Shown: piece after piece, positions 52,906 to 63,139 of the stretch
Layout: the number at the start of each line of letters is the position of its first letter
Position numbering within the stretch: position 1 is the stretch's first letter
Assembly (NCBI GenBank): GCA_963739455.1
Contig: CAVUAK010000001.1
Location: 1,344,001 to 1,408,000, forward strand
Direction of reading: 5' to 3'
DNA length: 64,000 bases
Source of the DNA: an uncultured Gemmatimonadales bacterium
GTDB taxonomy: Bacteria; Gemmatimonadota; Gemmatimonadetes; Gemmatimonadales; GWC2-71-9
Made by a program: the position numbers and the translations under genes
Notes under the pieces: model-generated
Told to the model about the DNA's origin: nothing
The model's database searches: none
The model's input: the letters and a program-made list of their open reading frames with translations, nothing else

Positions 52906-53870
52906 TAGAACCGGAAGCCGAACACGAAGGGCACGTACCCCGACGTTGTTCCATCCACCCACACCTTCTGGTACGTCACCTCGATAAAGATCCGGCGGGA
53001 GTTGAGCCCGCCACCGATGCGAGCGCCATAGAGCGGGTTCCGCGCGTAACCGACGAATCCCGGCGGTGGCGAGGTGTTGCGAACGCCACCCACGCCACCA
53101 ATGAGACCGTAGGGCGCCAGGAAGCCGGGAACGCGCTTGCCAACGAGCACATCGAAGGTGCCGGTGAGGTCGTAGAAATTCGCGTCCGTGCTGCTCTCCG
53201 CCCAGTAATTTCCCGCTCCTCCCAACCGCAACTGGGTCACCTTTCCGACGCCAGCGGAATAGGCCAGCATGCCGGCATATCCAATGTCGGTGCTCGTGCC
53301 CATGTCACCAGTTGGCGCCGAGCCACCGCCACCCACGTACCAGTGGGAGAACCTCGCGGGCTTCTTCTCTGCACTGCTGCTCGCCTTCGCGGCCTTTGCT
53401 GGCGCTGCCTTGGCGGGCGCTGCAGCTGGCGGCGGCTCGAGGCCGTCGACGACGGGAGCCGGAGAGGGCGGAGAGGGCGGAGAGGGCGGAGAGGGCGGAG
53501 AGGGCGGGGAAGGCGGGGAGGAAACAACAGCAGGAGCGGACAGAGCAACGGCGGCCGGGGGCTTGGGAGTCGGCGCTACGACCGGTGCCGCAGGTGCCGC
53601 AGGTGCCGCAGGTGCCACTGGTGCTGCGTGCGGCTTCACGATGCTGTCGATCCACACCGTCTTGAGCAGGAAGGTGGTACCCGACTTCGCACTCTTGATG
53701 CGAACGCCGTTGGGGTCGTTGTCGTTCAGGATCTGGCCCTGAATGACGCCGCCTTCCTTGAGGTAGATGGTGGCCATCGCGGGTGCGCCCTGGGCTGCGA
53801 GCGGCGTGACGCCACTGATCGCGCTCCACGCAAGGACAACCACCGCGAGACGGGGTGTGAAAGTGGGCAT
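52905..53870 (-). CDS. Secreted/outer-membrane beta-barrel protein with Pro/Ala-rich linker
   Basis: Signal peptide, low-complexity linker, ends FGFRF. Confidence 0.6.
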   Translation of the reverse strand: MPTFTPRLAVVVLAWSAISGVTPLAAQGAPAMATIYLKEGGVIQGQILNDNDPNGVRIKSAKSGTTFLLKTVWIDSIVKPHAAPVAPAAPAAPAAPVVAPTPKPPAAVALSAPAVVSSPPSPPSPPSPPSPPSPPSPAPVVDGLEPPPAAAPAKAAPAKAAKASSSAEKKPARFSHWYVGGGGSAPTGDMGTSTDIGYAGMLAYSAGVGKVTQLRLGGAGNYWAESSTDANFYDLTGTFDVLVGKRVPGFLAPYGLIGGVGGVRNTSPPPGFVGYARNPLYGARIGGGLNSRRIFIEVTYQKVWVDGTTSGYVPFVFGFRF

Positions 53871-54124
53871 GGCAAGCGCTCCTCTGTTAGGAATGCCCGA
53901 GGACCCCGGGCATCGAGCCCAACGCGGCAACGGCAGTGCCAGCGAAGCTCCGCGCGCTCGCCCAAACCATGGACGGTGACGCGATGCGATTCAGGCAATC
54001 AAGCGCTTGTCAGTGCAGGGGTTACTGAAAAGAGACGTGCCGCCCGATGAGGGCGGCACGAGGGACTGCAAAGATGGGTGCGTGGGCCGGCTTCGGAGCG
54101 CCCGACTCGTTGCGGATTCCGGCG

Positions 54125-55897
54125 CTACTGCGCGATCTGGCCCAGCTCCCAGGTAGTGCCCTGCCGGGTGAGTTGAACCTGCTCATCCACCACGCGCGTG
54201 CTGCCATACGCCCCGCCGCGGATCTCGGTGGTTGAACCGGTCAGCTGCGCAACGGCACGGTTTCCGTTGACCTGCAACCCCGACACCTTCCAGCGGACAC
54301 TATAGCGTCCACCGGTGGCGAAGAAGCCGCCGAGCTGCTCCTGCCGCGCGCCGGGCATGCCGGGATAGCGACGAAGTGCCTCTGCCATATCGCCCAGCGT
54401 CAGCGCCTGACCATAGCCCTTGAGCACCCGTTCGATCGCCGCGCGTGTCTCGGGGGATACCGCGCCGGGCGCGGCCACTCGTCCGAGCAGCGCATCGCTG
54501 CCGGAGATCTCGCGCTTGGGGGCACCGGCGTCTTCCGGCTCCTCCATGTCCACCACCGACACCGCCACCACCACCGGTGCGGCCTCGGCAGGAGTCGCCT
54601 GCGCGGGCGTTGCTGTCTCGGGCGTCGCAACGCCGGCAGCCGCCTTGGGCCCACGCTTCGGGGCACCAGTGGTACCGGTGCCGGGCGTCTCGGCAGGGCT
54701 GGCCGCATCGGCGCCAACCGTGGCGCCAGGCTGCTGGGCACCGTCGACGGGCTGGTTGGCGGCGACGTCCACCGGAGCGACTGGTGGTGCCTCAGGCGCC
54801 GGGCGCCGCCAGGGCGCGAAATAGATCGCTGCAGCCACTGCGAGCCCAACTGCGGTGACGGCCGCGCCCATTCCCCGGCGGCTCTTCAGCACGCCGATCT
54901 GGACCGTCTTCGCCTCGGACATTCCGAGACTGGCGCGGTGGAACGGAATCGGGCTCCGCGGCGTGGTGTAGCGCACCGTCAGTGGGCGCGAACCGGTGGT
55001 GGCCAGCGTGATGAGCTGCGTTCGCGTGGGCTCGTCCTGCGACGCGGTCAGGTGACCGAGGGCCGCGACTGCTTCCTCGATGGACGGCCAGCGGTCAGCC
55101 GGCTCCTTCGCCAGCATGCGCATGACCGCGGCCGCGAGTTCCGGCGGGCACTCGGCGCGCAGTTCCTCGATGGCCGGCACCGGCACGTGCACGTGCGCAT
55201 ACATCACCGACATCATGGATGTACCGGGGAAGGGCAGGCGGCCGGTCAGCATCTCGTACGCAACGACGCCGAGCGCGTACTGATCGGACGCGCCGCTGAT
55301 GTCGTTCGAGAGGCACTGCTCCGGGCTCATGTACGCCGGCGTGCCGACCATCATGCCCGACGTGGTGAGTCCCTCCGACTCGGCGACCTTGGCGATGCCG
55401 AAGTCGGTGACGACACACCAGCCCTCGTCGTCGATGAGGATGTTGCCGGGCTTGATGTCGCGGTGCACGACACCGTGGCGATGGGCATACCCGACCGCGC
55501 TGGCGACCTGGCCCAGGATGGCCTGGACGGTGGGGACGGGCAGTGCGCCCGTTTCCCGGAGGACGCTGTCGAGCGGGCGCCCCTCGACGTGCTTCATGAC
55601 GAAGTAGAGCAGCCGGTCGGCGTGCCGGACGGAATAGATCGGGATGATGTTGGGATGGCTCAGGGACGCCGCAGTGCGGGCCTCGCGGCGGAACCGCTCG
55701 ACCAGGGCAGGACTGGCGCCGAGGGACGGGGCAATGACCTTGATGGCCACCCGCCGGTCGAGTGCAATATCATGCGCGGCGTAGACCGTGGCCATGCCGC
55801 CGCGACCGAGCTCGCCGAGTATCTCGTACTCGCCCAGCGTGGTCGCGCGGAGGAGGTCGAGTTCGTCGGTGTTTGCGGCGTCCACGGGGGTGGCCAT
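54125..55897 (-). CDS. Ser/Thr protein kinase
   Basis: ELGRGGMATV, VAIK, HRDIKPGN, DFG, GTPAYMSPEQ. Its fusion to the upstream gene in the ORF track is an artefact. Confidence 0.88.
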   Translation of the reverse strand: MATPVDAANTDELDLLRATTLGEYEILGELGRGGMATVYAAHDIALDRRVAIKVIAPSLGASPALVERFRREARTAASLSHPNIIPIYSVRHADRLLYFVMKHVEGRPLDSVLRETGALPVPTVQAILGQVASAVGYAHRHGVVHRDIKPGNILIDDEGWCVVTDFGIAKVAESEGLTTSGMMVGTPAYMSPEQCLSNDISGASDQYALGVVAYEMLTGRLPFPGTSMMSVMYAHVHVPVPAIEELRAECPPELAAAVMRMLAKEPADRWPSIEEAVAALGHLTASQDEPTRTQLITLATTGSRPLTVRYTTPRSPIPFHRASLGMSEAKTVQIGVLKSRRGMGAAVTAVGLAVAAAIYFAPWRRPAPEAPPVAPVDVAANQPVDGAQQPGATVGADAASPAETPGTGTTGAPKRGPKAAAGVATPETATPAQATPAEAAPVVVAVSVVDMEEPEDAGAPKREISGSDALLGRVAAPGAVSPETRAAIERVLKGYGQALTLGDMAEALRRYPGMPGARQEQLGGFFATGGRYSVRWKVSGLQVNGNRAVAQLTGSTTEIRGGAYGSTRVVDEQVQLTRQGTTWELGQIAQ

Positions 55898-56001
55898 CCG
55901 GTCGGTTTCCTGAGCGGAATTCACGCTTGGTAACGTGCCTCCTTGGGGAGCGGGACGCAAGCTAAGTCGGCAGTCGGCAGTCGACAGTCGACAGACAGTC
56001 G

Positions 56002-56689
56002 TCAGCCGCTCGTGAAGCCTGTCCGGGCATGGCTTCCGTCGCAAAACGGCTTTGTACCAGAGTGGCCACAACGACAGAACGTGGCCTCCGGGGCGGTGCC
56101 CGCCACGGTGCCGCTTGCATCGAGCACGCGCATGTTGCCGGTCAGCTGGAGTGGGCCGTCGCGCTCGGGCTCGATGCGAAGCGGACCCGACGCATCGACG
56201 CTGCTGGTCTCCAGGCTCGCAGCGCGGAATCCGCTTCCCGTCATCCTGGAAGCGCACCTTGAGGTGCGCGTTGTCGCAGTACGGCTTGTGGGCCGACGCA
56301 CCGCAGCGACAGAGCGTGAGCCGCGTCTCCTGCTTCACCGTTCCGTCGGCTGCCACCAACTCGAGTTGCCCGCGCAGGAAGAGCGGACCGTTTCGTGAAA
56401 CCAGGACGTCATTCTCGGCGCTCGGCACTTCCGCGGGGCCGCCATCCTTGCGGACGTACTTGAGGGAGCCGGAGGGGCACAGCTCCACCGCGGCGGCAAT
56501 CCTGTCCGCGGTGCTGTTGCCGGTGATGACCCATGGACGACTGCCGGGATCGAAGACGCGAGGCAACGCGCGGATGCAGGCGCCCACATGGATGCAGCGC
56601 GTCTTGTCGTACGTGACGTCAATGGCGGCACCGGTGTAGAGGTGCAGCTTCTCGGGCAGGGCGTCGCGGGGGTCCAGGTCGTCAGTCAT
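56002..56689 (-). CDS. Divergent 4Fe-4S (YjdI-like) domain plus two CDGSH Fe-S domains (frameshift near 56230)
   Basis: CIHVGAC...PW...CPSGSL, CRCGAS.HKPYCDNAH, CRCGHSGTKPFCDGSH. Confidence 0.85.
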
Positions 56690-56728
56690 CAGTCGTCAGT
56701 CGTCAGTGAGTCGTGAGTCGTCAGTGAG

Positions 56729-57152
56729 TCAGACGCGCAGGTGGTCGGGGCGCCATTCCTTCACGGCACGCTTGATGTCCCCTGGCTTGGCAAACTCGCC
56801 GGCAAGGACGCGGCGCGCGAGGTCGGGCAGCTCCGCGTCGCTCGCAAAGCGGAGGGCGACGAGCTGCTGCTTGTTGAGCTGCGTCGATCTTTCCGGCAAG
56901 CTCCGGGGCCAGGGCCTGCAGGCGGAGTCGTTCCTCGAGGCGGATGACGCGGTCCTGCACAGTGACCGCCTGGCGCCGGCTAACGCCGAGCACGACGATC
57001 AGGCCGAAGGCGACCACGAAGAGCCACGCCGATGCGGCTGTCGGCACCCGGTACCAGTGCACCCCGGCGATCACGAGATTGGCGACGAAGATCGGCATCG
57101 CGACGAAGTGGAAGAGCGGGTTAAGGCGACGGTGCGTGGCGTAGGATTGCAT
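56729..57152 (-). CDS. Conserved small membrane protein (DUF6526-like), frameshift near 56880
   Basis: QSYATH, QDRVIRLEE.LR, then QLVALRFASD.EL...IKRAVKEWRPDHLRV in the other frame. Confidence 0.7.
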
Positions 57153-57237
57153 GGGACCCTGATAAGAAGCGGGAACAGGGGACAGGGAACAGGGAACTGA
57201 AACTGCGTGAGGAGGAACTGCAACTGCGTCAGGCGGA

Positions 57238-58410
57238 CTACGCCAGGATCTGGCTCAGGGCTGCGATGACGCTTACAAGTGCCTCCTTCGAGGGGAGGCT
57301 GCCCTGGGCGATGCGCGGAGATCCGCCGCCGCGTCCGCCGGACGCGGTCAGCAATTCCTTCAGTACCTTGCCCGCGTCGACGCTACTCGACGGAGACGTG
57401 GCGAACAGGATCGAGGCGGGGTTGTCGAGTGCGCCAATGAAGATCGCATCGTCGTGGGCGGCAATCGCCTGGGCGAGCGGGCGCAGCGCCTCGAGCGAAC
57501 CGGTCGACACGAGCTCCATGATCACCCGGCGTCCACTGCCGTTCGGCGCCGTGGCAGCGATCCGCTCACTGGCCTGATAGGCAGCGAGCTGGCTGATGAG
57601 CGCCTCGCGCCCGGCGTGCGCATCGCGGAGTTCGCCGCGCTGACGATCGACCAGGCCCGGAGTGTCATCGAGTGCCGCCGAGTAGCCGGTGGCGATATGT
57701 GAGAGCGCCAGGTAGTCGGCACGGGCGCGTCGCACCGCACGGAGCCCGCAGAGGAAATCCACGCGCACCCGCTTCTTCACCCGTTCAACCCGGCGCACCA
57801 GGATGGCACCGATCTCCGCGGTGGAGCGGACGTGGGTGCCGCCACAGGCGCTCCTGTCGAGTTCAGCGATGGTGACGAGGCGCAGCACACCGGCACGCTC
57901 GCTCGGCTTCCTGAGGCCGGTGGCAGTGGCGGCGTCCTCGAAGCTCACGGTGACGGGGCGATTCTCGGCGGCCACGGCATTCGCGCGATCCTGCACATCG
58001 GCGAGCTCGCCGGGCGAGACTTCACCGACGTCGAGGTCCAGCGTGGCGTAGTCGGCGCCGAAGTGCACGCTCACCGTCTCGGCGTTCAGCAGTTCGATGA
58101 AGACCGCAGAGAGGAGATGCTGGCCGGTGTGCTGCTGCATGTGGTCAAAGCGCCGGGGCCAGTCTACCAGTCCCTGGACGCTGGTGGCCGAGAGCGGTGC
58201 GGCGAGCAGGTGCGCCACGCGATCCTCTTCATCAACGACGTCGAGCACGGGAATGCCGTCGAGGGTGCCGAGATCGTGCGGTTGTCCGCCGGACGTCGGG
58301 TAGAAGGCGGAGCGGTCGAGGTAAACGCGACGGCCGCCGTCAGTGCTTTCGCTGACAGCGGCCGAGAACGAGGCGAGATAGGCGTCGGTGTAGTAGAGGC
58401 GCTCGGTCAC
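57238..58410 (-). CDS. alaX: Alanyl-tRNA editing protein AlaX with C-terminal DHHA1
   Basis: TERLYY.D.Y, FYPTSGGQPHD, MQQHTGQH, ACGGTHV, GGRGGG. Confidence 0.88.
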   Translation of the reverse strand: MTERLYYTDAYLASFSAAVSESTDGGRRVYLDRSAFYPTSGGQPHDLGTLDGIPVLDVVDEEDRVAHLLAAPLSATSVQGLVDWPRRFDHMQQHTGQHLLSAVFIELLNAETVSVHFGADYATLDLDVGEVSPGELADVQDRANAVAAENRPVTVSFEDAATATGLRKPSERAGVLRLVTIAELDRSACGGTHVRSTAEIGAILVRRVERVKKRVRVDFLCGLRAVRRARADYLALSHIATGYSAALDDTPGLVDRQRGELRDAHAGREALISQLAAYQASERIAATAPNGSGRRVIMELVSTGSLEALRPLAQAIAAHDDAIFIGALDNPASILFATSPSSSVDAGKVLKELLTASGGRGGGSPRIAQGSLPSKEALVSVIAALSQILA

Positions 58411-58419
58411 CCGGGCAAT

Positions 58420-58842
58420 TTAACGCTCGCGATTCTGCATCGCCTCGATGGACGCCTTCACCGCGAGGGCGGAGAGGGTGGCCATGGTGATCTGTACGGT
58501 GATCAGGTCCTGCCAGATGGCGTGGCGGCCGGCGGGATCGACGGCATCGCTGCGGCGGAGCAGGGTGCGGCGGTCATTGGGCCGGGCGCAGCCGGTGGCG
58601 ATGGCGGCGTTCATTTCGGCGGCAATGCGACGCGCGCGGTCCATGAGGCTCTCGGACTTCTCCGCGGCGGTGCGGCACTCGAAGACGGGATCGCGGCCGT
58701 AACGCCAGTCCCAGGACCAGAGCAATCGCACATCCTTGAGGTAGACGTGACCGTCAGCCCCATAGTGTGTGATGCGATAGTTGTGGACGGCTCGACTGGC
58801 CACGGAATCCTCGGCTCGAGTGACAGCAGCAGAGGATCGCAT
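58420..58842 (-). CDS. Hypothetical protein, weak resemblance to four-helix-bundle (23S-IVS-like) proteins
   Basis: LMDRARRIAAEMNAAIATGCAR recalls QxRRAaxSixxNIAEG. Flanked by heptamer repeats. Confidence 0.35.
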   Translation of the reverse strand: MRSSAAVTRAEDSVASRAVHNYRITHYGADGHVYLKDVRLLWSWDWRYGRDPVFECRTAAEKSESLMDRARRIAAEMNAAIATGCARPNDRRTLLRRSDAVDPAGRHAIWQDLITVQITMATLSALAVKASIEAMQNRER

Positions 58843-58975
58843 ATAGCGCGCCGCAGGATGCGGGAGGGGTCCTAGTTGCTAAGTGGTTAGGAGTTAAGAG
58901 TTTAGAGTTAAGAGAAATGGGTGCTGCAAATTCTTGCAGCACCCACTTTCGTTGCGGTGGCCAGACAGTGTCGGG

Positions 58976-59533
58976 CTACTTCACGCGCTCGAGGTACTCG
59001 CCTGTGGTGGGATTGACCCGCACTTTTTCGCCGCTGCCGACGAACTCGGGCACCTGAATGGTGGCGCCATTCACCAGCGTCGCCGGCTTGCTGCTGGCGG
59101 TCTTGGTGGCGGTCTTCATGACCGGCGCGGTGTCGGAGATCTCGATGTCCAGGGTGGCCGGGAGCTTGATCGAGATCGGGCGGCCATTGAGCCACTCGGC
59201 CTGGAACTTCATCTCCGGCTGCATCCAGGGGCGGAGCTCGCCCACGACTTCGGTGTCAAAGGTGAACTGGTCGTAGGTATGCGAGTCCATGACGTGCACG
59301 TCGGTGCCGTCGTCGTACATGACCTGCATTTCCTTCGTGTCCAGGCGGGCGGTTTCGAGGTCTTCCGTGGAGCTGAAGCGGGTCTCGAAGCTGTTGCCGT
59401 TGGACAAGTTACGCATGCGGACCTGGACGAACGCCCGGAGGTTCCCGGGGGTGCGATGCTGGAAGTCCATCACCCGGCAGGGCTGTCCCTCGTAGATCAC
59501 CACAATGCCCTTCCGGATGTCATTGGCCTTCAT
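58976..59533 (-). CDS. efp: Elongation factor P (Asn at the loop tip)
   Basis: HRTPGNLRAFVQ, KPATL.NG..IQVPEF...G.K..V....GEYL.R. Confidence 0.92.
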   Translation of the reverse strand: MKANDIRKGIVVIYEGQPCRVMDFQHRTPGNLRAFVQVRMRNLSNGNSFETRFSSTEDLETARLDTKEMQVMYDDGTDVHVMDSHTYDQFTFDTEVVGELRPWMQPEMKFQAEWLNGRPISIKLPATLDIEISDTAPVMKTATKTASSKPATLVNGATIQVPEFVGSGEKVRVNPTTGEYLERVK

Positions 59534-59732
59534 GCCTGGTTCCGCCTTCAATTCGGTGGTCAATCAAGGGCGGGTGCCCGCGCCCAGTGTGTGGGGACAA
59601 AATAGGGCAGGGCGGGTAGGGCGGGTAGGGCGCTGGTAAGGCGGGTAGGGCGGGTGGATGGTTCAGGGTGAAACTCGTCGTGCGGGGGGACGTATATCAC
59701 ACGCACGACCAACCGCTTCAGCGGAGACGACG

Positions 59733-60035
59733 ATGTCGAACGAGATTACGACGGTATCCAAGGGAGAGATCATGTCCACGACAGAGCAGGTCCACACCGA
59801 AGAGCACAAGGTGGCTGGCGATCGCCTGGTGGAGCGTATCAAGGAACTGGTACGCCAGGGAAATATTCGCCGAGTGATCGTGAAGAACGATGATGGGAAG
59901 TCGCTGATCGAGATTCCGCTCACGATCGGCGTGGTGGGCGCAGTGCTGCTGCCGGTGTGGGTGGCGCTTGGTGCCATTGCGGCACTGGCGGCGCAGTACA
60001 CGATCGAGGTGGAGAAGAGCGACGAAACAGCGTAA
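59733..60035 (+). CDS. DUF4342-family small membrane protein
   Basis: LVERIKELVRQGNIRRVIVK...EIPLTIGVVG. Alternative start 59772. Confidence 0.8.
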   Translation: MSNEITTVSKGEIMSTTEQVHTEEHKVAGDRLVERIKELVRQGNIRRVIVKNDDGKSLIEIPLTIGVVGAVLLPVWVALGAIAALAAQYTIEVEKSDETA

Positions 60036-60142
60036 GGCGGCACAGCGACAGCGTAAGGAGGAACCGCGACTGCGGAAGTTCATCCCGCAGTTGTAGTTCC
60101 TCCTTACGTTTTTTCAGTTCCTCCTCACGCTCTTGCTCCTCC

Positions 60143-60673
60143 TCACGTTTTCCGCTTCACCACAACCTCGGTTGCGGCCGGGTCGATCTTGAGGCCGATC
60201 CACTCCCCGGCGATCGCGTGAGCGGGCACCCCACAGAGCACCCAGAACCACCCCCCGTCCTCGGCCTCGAACGAGGTGTCGTCAGTGCGCCCGACGGGCA
60301 GGCCGGGAAGCACGGCCCGGGTCATGGCATTGGTGAACACCGCCTGGCCACCCTGCTGGGGGAGCTTTTCGCGCTCCGCGACGACCACCAGGCTGTGGCT
60401 GGCGGTTGAGTCCTGGTTGATCCAGTGCCACTTGATGGTCCAGCCGCGGGGCACGATGACCTGGATGCCGCCGTCATGTTCCCCGCTGATGAGGGCGCTG
60501 GCAGCGCCTGCCGGGTGGGTGACGGTGAGATCAAGGAGCACGGTCTTCGCGGCCGGGTCGGGATGGACCCAGCTGGGCAGATCGGCGGCCTGGGCCGAGG
60601 CGGGCTGGGCGAGAGCGGTGACCAGGAAGGCCCCGAAAAGGCCGAATCGCATGCCGGACAAAACCTTAGACAT
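60143..60673 (-). CDS. Sulfocyanin-like blue copper protein (Glu at the axial position)
   Basis: Signal peptide, VP.GW, SHS, CGVPAHAIAGEW. Confidence 0.75.
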   Translation of the reverse strand: MSKVLSGMRFGLFGAFLVTALAQPASAQAADLPSWVHPDPAAKTVLLDLTVTHPAGAASALISGEHDGGIQVIVPRGWTIKWHWINQDSTASHSLVVVAEREKLPQQGGQAVFTNAMTRAVLPGLPVGRTDDTSFEAEDGGWFWVLCGVPAHAIAGEWIGLKIDPAATEVVVKRKT

Positions 60674-60847
60674 TGGGCTCCAGGGTAAGACGCATCTTGA
60701 CATGGGGCGTACTAACCGGAAATTTGATACACCTCAAAACCACCAAATTCAAATAAAGCAGGTCACCGGATCCGTTGGGGAGCGGGGCCGGGCGTGGGTT
60801 CGATCCGGACCGCGCGAACATCACCACATCACGGGAGCGCACCACAG

Positions 60848-62518
60848 ATGAACTTTCGTCGACTGAGTTGGTTGCCGGCGCTGTGCCTGATCACAGGCAC
60901 CGCGGCTGCGCAGAAGCCGACCGGAGATGACTGGACCACGTACGGCGGAAGCCAGTGGAACCAGCGTTATTCCGGCCTGAATGAGATCAACGCCAGTAAC
61001 GTCGCCCGGCTGGTGCCGCGCGGCATGCTGCAGACCGGCATCGCCAAGGTCGGGTCGTTCGAGAACACGCCGGTCATCGTCGGCAACCGGGCCTACGTCA
61101 CGACGCCGTTCAATACGGCGATCGCGTACGACCTGGACACCGGCAAGCAGCTCTGGCGCTATGAGCACAAGCTCGGCACCACGATCTACTGCTGCGGCCC
61201 GAACAATCGCGGAGTCGCCATCCACGGCCCGCACGTGTACATGGGAACCCTCGACGCCCGTCTTGTCGCACTGAATGCGACGACGGGCGAAGTTGTATGG
61301 GACAACGAGGTCGCCGACCCGACGTACGGGTACAGCATCACGCACGCGCCGCTGATCGTGGACAACACGGTCATCGTGGGCGTGTCCGGTGGTGAGTACG
61401 GCATCCGCGGCCACGTGACGGCGTATGACGCCGTGACCGGCAAGCAGGTGTGGCGCTGGTACTCCATCCCGGCCCCGAAGGGCGATCCGACGTTCGACGA
61501 CAAGGCGCCGAACGGCTGGTGGGGCACGTGGGAGCGCAGCACGCCGGATGGCGCGAGCCTGCACCGTGACATCGCGCAGGAAAAGGCCGACAGCGCGAAG
61601 AACGGCGATGCCTGGACGCGTGGCGGCGGCGGTGTCTGGATGACGCCGGCGTACGATCCCGAGACGCACACCATCTACGTCGCGGTGGGCAACCCGTCCC
61701 CCGACCTGTATGGCGCGATCCGTCCGGGCGACAACCTCTACACCGATGCCGTCGTGGCGATCGATGCCACCACCGGCAAGACGAAGTGGTTCTACCAGAC
61801 CGTTCCGCACGACGTGTGGGACCTCGACGCCGTCTCGCCGCCAGTCGTGGCGACGATCGGTGGCAAGAAGGTCGTAGTGCACGCGGGCAAGACCGGCTGG
61901 GTGTACGTGCTCGACGCCGCGACGGGCAAGCTGGTGCGCCGGTCGGATGCGTTCGTGCCGCAGGAGAACATGTTCGCGCTGCCGACCGGTGGCGAGGGCA
62001 CGCGCATGCTTCCGGGCGCGAACGGTGGTGCGGAGTGGTCGCCGATTTCCATCGACCCGACGCTGGGCTATGCCTACGTCGCAGCACTGCACCAGCCGAT
62101 GTGGTACCGCGCGAACTTCGCGCCGTGGGAGAAGGGCCGTCTCTGGCTGGGTTCCGCCTTCGTGGCGATCCCGACCGAGGAGCAGTACGGCCTGTTCTCG
62201 GCTGTTGACCTGGCCACCGGCAAGATCGCGTGGCAGAACAAGGTGCCGCAGCCGATGATGGGTGGCGCGCTGTCGACCGCTGGTGGCCTGACGTTCACCG
62301 GCGAGGGCAACGGCAACTTCAACGCGTACGAGTCGAAGACGGGCAAGCTGCTCTGGACGTTCAACGCGGGCGCCGGCTGCAACAGCGCCCCGATGAGCTT
62401 CAAGCGCAAGGGTGAGCAGATGATCGGCGTCGCGTGCGGCGGTAACTACCAGCTGAACTACCCGCTGGGCAGCACGATCCTCTTCTTCGGGCTTCCGAAG
62501 AACGTGGCGTCGAAGTAA
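60848..62518 (+). CDS. PQQ-dependent alcohol dehydrogenase family protein
   Basis: Signal peptide, QRYS.L.EIN, vicinal YCCGPNNRG, SGGEYGIRG, GGGVW, HDVWDLD, W-motif repeats. Confidence 0.88.
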   Translation: MNFRRLSWLPALCLITGTAAAQKPTGDDWTTYGGSQWNQRYSGLNEINASNVARLVPRGMLQTGIAKVGSFENTPVIVGNRAYVTTPFNTAIAYDLDTGKQLWRYEHKLGTTIYCCGPNNRGVAIHGPHVYMGTLDARLVALNATTGEVVWDNEVADPTYGYSITHAPLIVDNTVIVGVSGGEYGIRGHVTAYDAVTGKQVWRWYSIPAPKGDPTFDDKAPNGWWGTWERSTPDGASLHRDIAQEKADSAKNGDAWTRGGGGVWMTPAYDPETHTIYVAVGNPSPDLYGAIRPGDNLYTDAVVAIDATTGKTKWFYQTVPHDVWDLDAVSPPVVATIGGKKVVVHAGKTGWVYVLDAATGKLVRRSDAFVPQENMFALPTGGEGTRMLPGANGGAEWSPISIDPTLGYAYVAALHQPMWYRANFAPWEKGRLWLGSAFVAIPTEEQYGLFSAVDLATGKIAWQNKVPQPMMGGALSTAGGLTFTGEGNGNFNAYESKTGKLLWTFNAGAGCNSAPMSFKRKGEQMIGVACGGNYQLNYPLGSTILFFGLPKNVASK

Positions 62519-62546
62519 CTATCGGCAAGTCGTTTGCACTGCTGAT

Positions 62547-62590
62547 GGGCGGGAGTGCCTCACGGGGTGCTCCCGCCCTTCAGTTTCTAC
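62547..62590 (+). terminator. Probable terminator hairpin
   Basis: GGGCGGGAGTGCC...GGTGCTCCCGCCC followed by TTCAGTTT. Confidence 0.55.
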
Positions 62591-62611
62591 CGGCCATGAT
62601 GAGGATTCGCA

Positions 62612-63139
62612 ATGATTTACCGCTCGTTTGCCACGACTGCGCTGTTGTTCATCGGTGTCACCGGCATGGTCCACTGCCAGGGACAACCCGCCGCGCGGAA
62701 GCCGGATCCGACCTGGCTCAAGTGGAATGCTGATACCAAGACCGTCACGTTCCAGCTCATCGCTGGAGTACCGGCGGCGTCGAGTCCGTTCAACTTCAAC
62801 GGCTTCACCGACGGCAACCTGACGCTGGTGGTACCGGCGGGCGCCACCGTGGTGATGCCGTTCGTCAATGAAGACGGCGTGCCGCACAGCGCTGAAGTCA
62901 TCTCGGGTACGCTGCCGATCCCGAACATGGGTGGTGACGCCGCGATCCCGAGGGCGTATACGATCAACCTGCTCGAGGGACTTCCCCAGGGCGGGAAGGA
63001 CGTGATGCGCTTCACGGCCGCCCCGAACGCGACCTATCGCATCTTCTGCGGTGTGCCGGGCCACGGACTCTCGGGGATGTACATCGACATGAAGATCGAC
63101 CCGACCGCCAAGGAACCGTCGATGGTGGTCAAGAAATGA
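62612..63139 (+). CDS. Sulfocyanin-like blue copper protein
   Basis: FNFNG, N.DGVPHS, CGVPGHGLSGM (His/Cys/His/Met type-1 site). Confidence 0.82.
   Translation: MIYRSFATTALLFIGVTGMVHCQGQPAARKPDPTWLKWNADTKTVTFQLIAGVPAASSPFNFNGFTDGNLTLVVPAGATVVMPFVNEDGVPHSAEVISGTLPIPNMGGDAAIPRAYTINLLEGLPQGGKDVMRFTAAPNATYRIFCGVPGHGLSGMYIDMKIDPTAKEPSMVVKK

Noticed and set aside
54125..56689. 854-aa Fe-S/CDGSH-kinase fusion in the ORF track
   Set aside because: Produced by a frameshift near 56230 that reads through a repeat-filled intergenic gap. The second CDGSH domain ends at 56002 in another frame.
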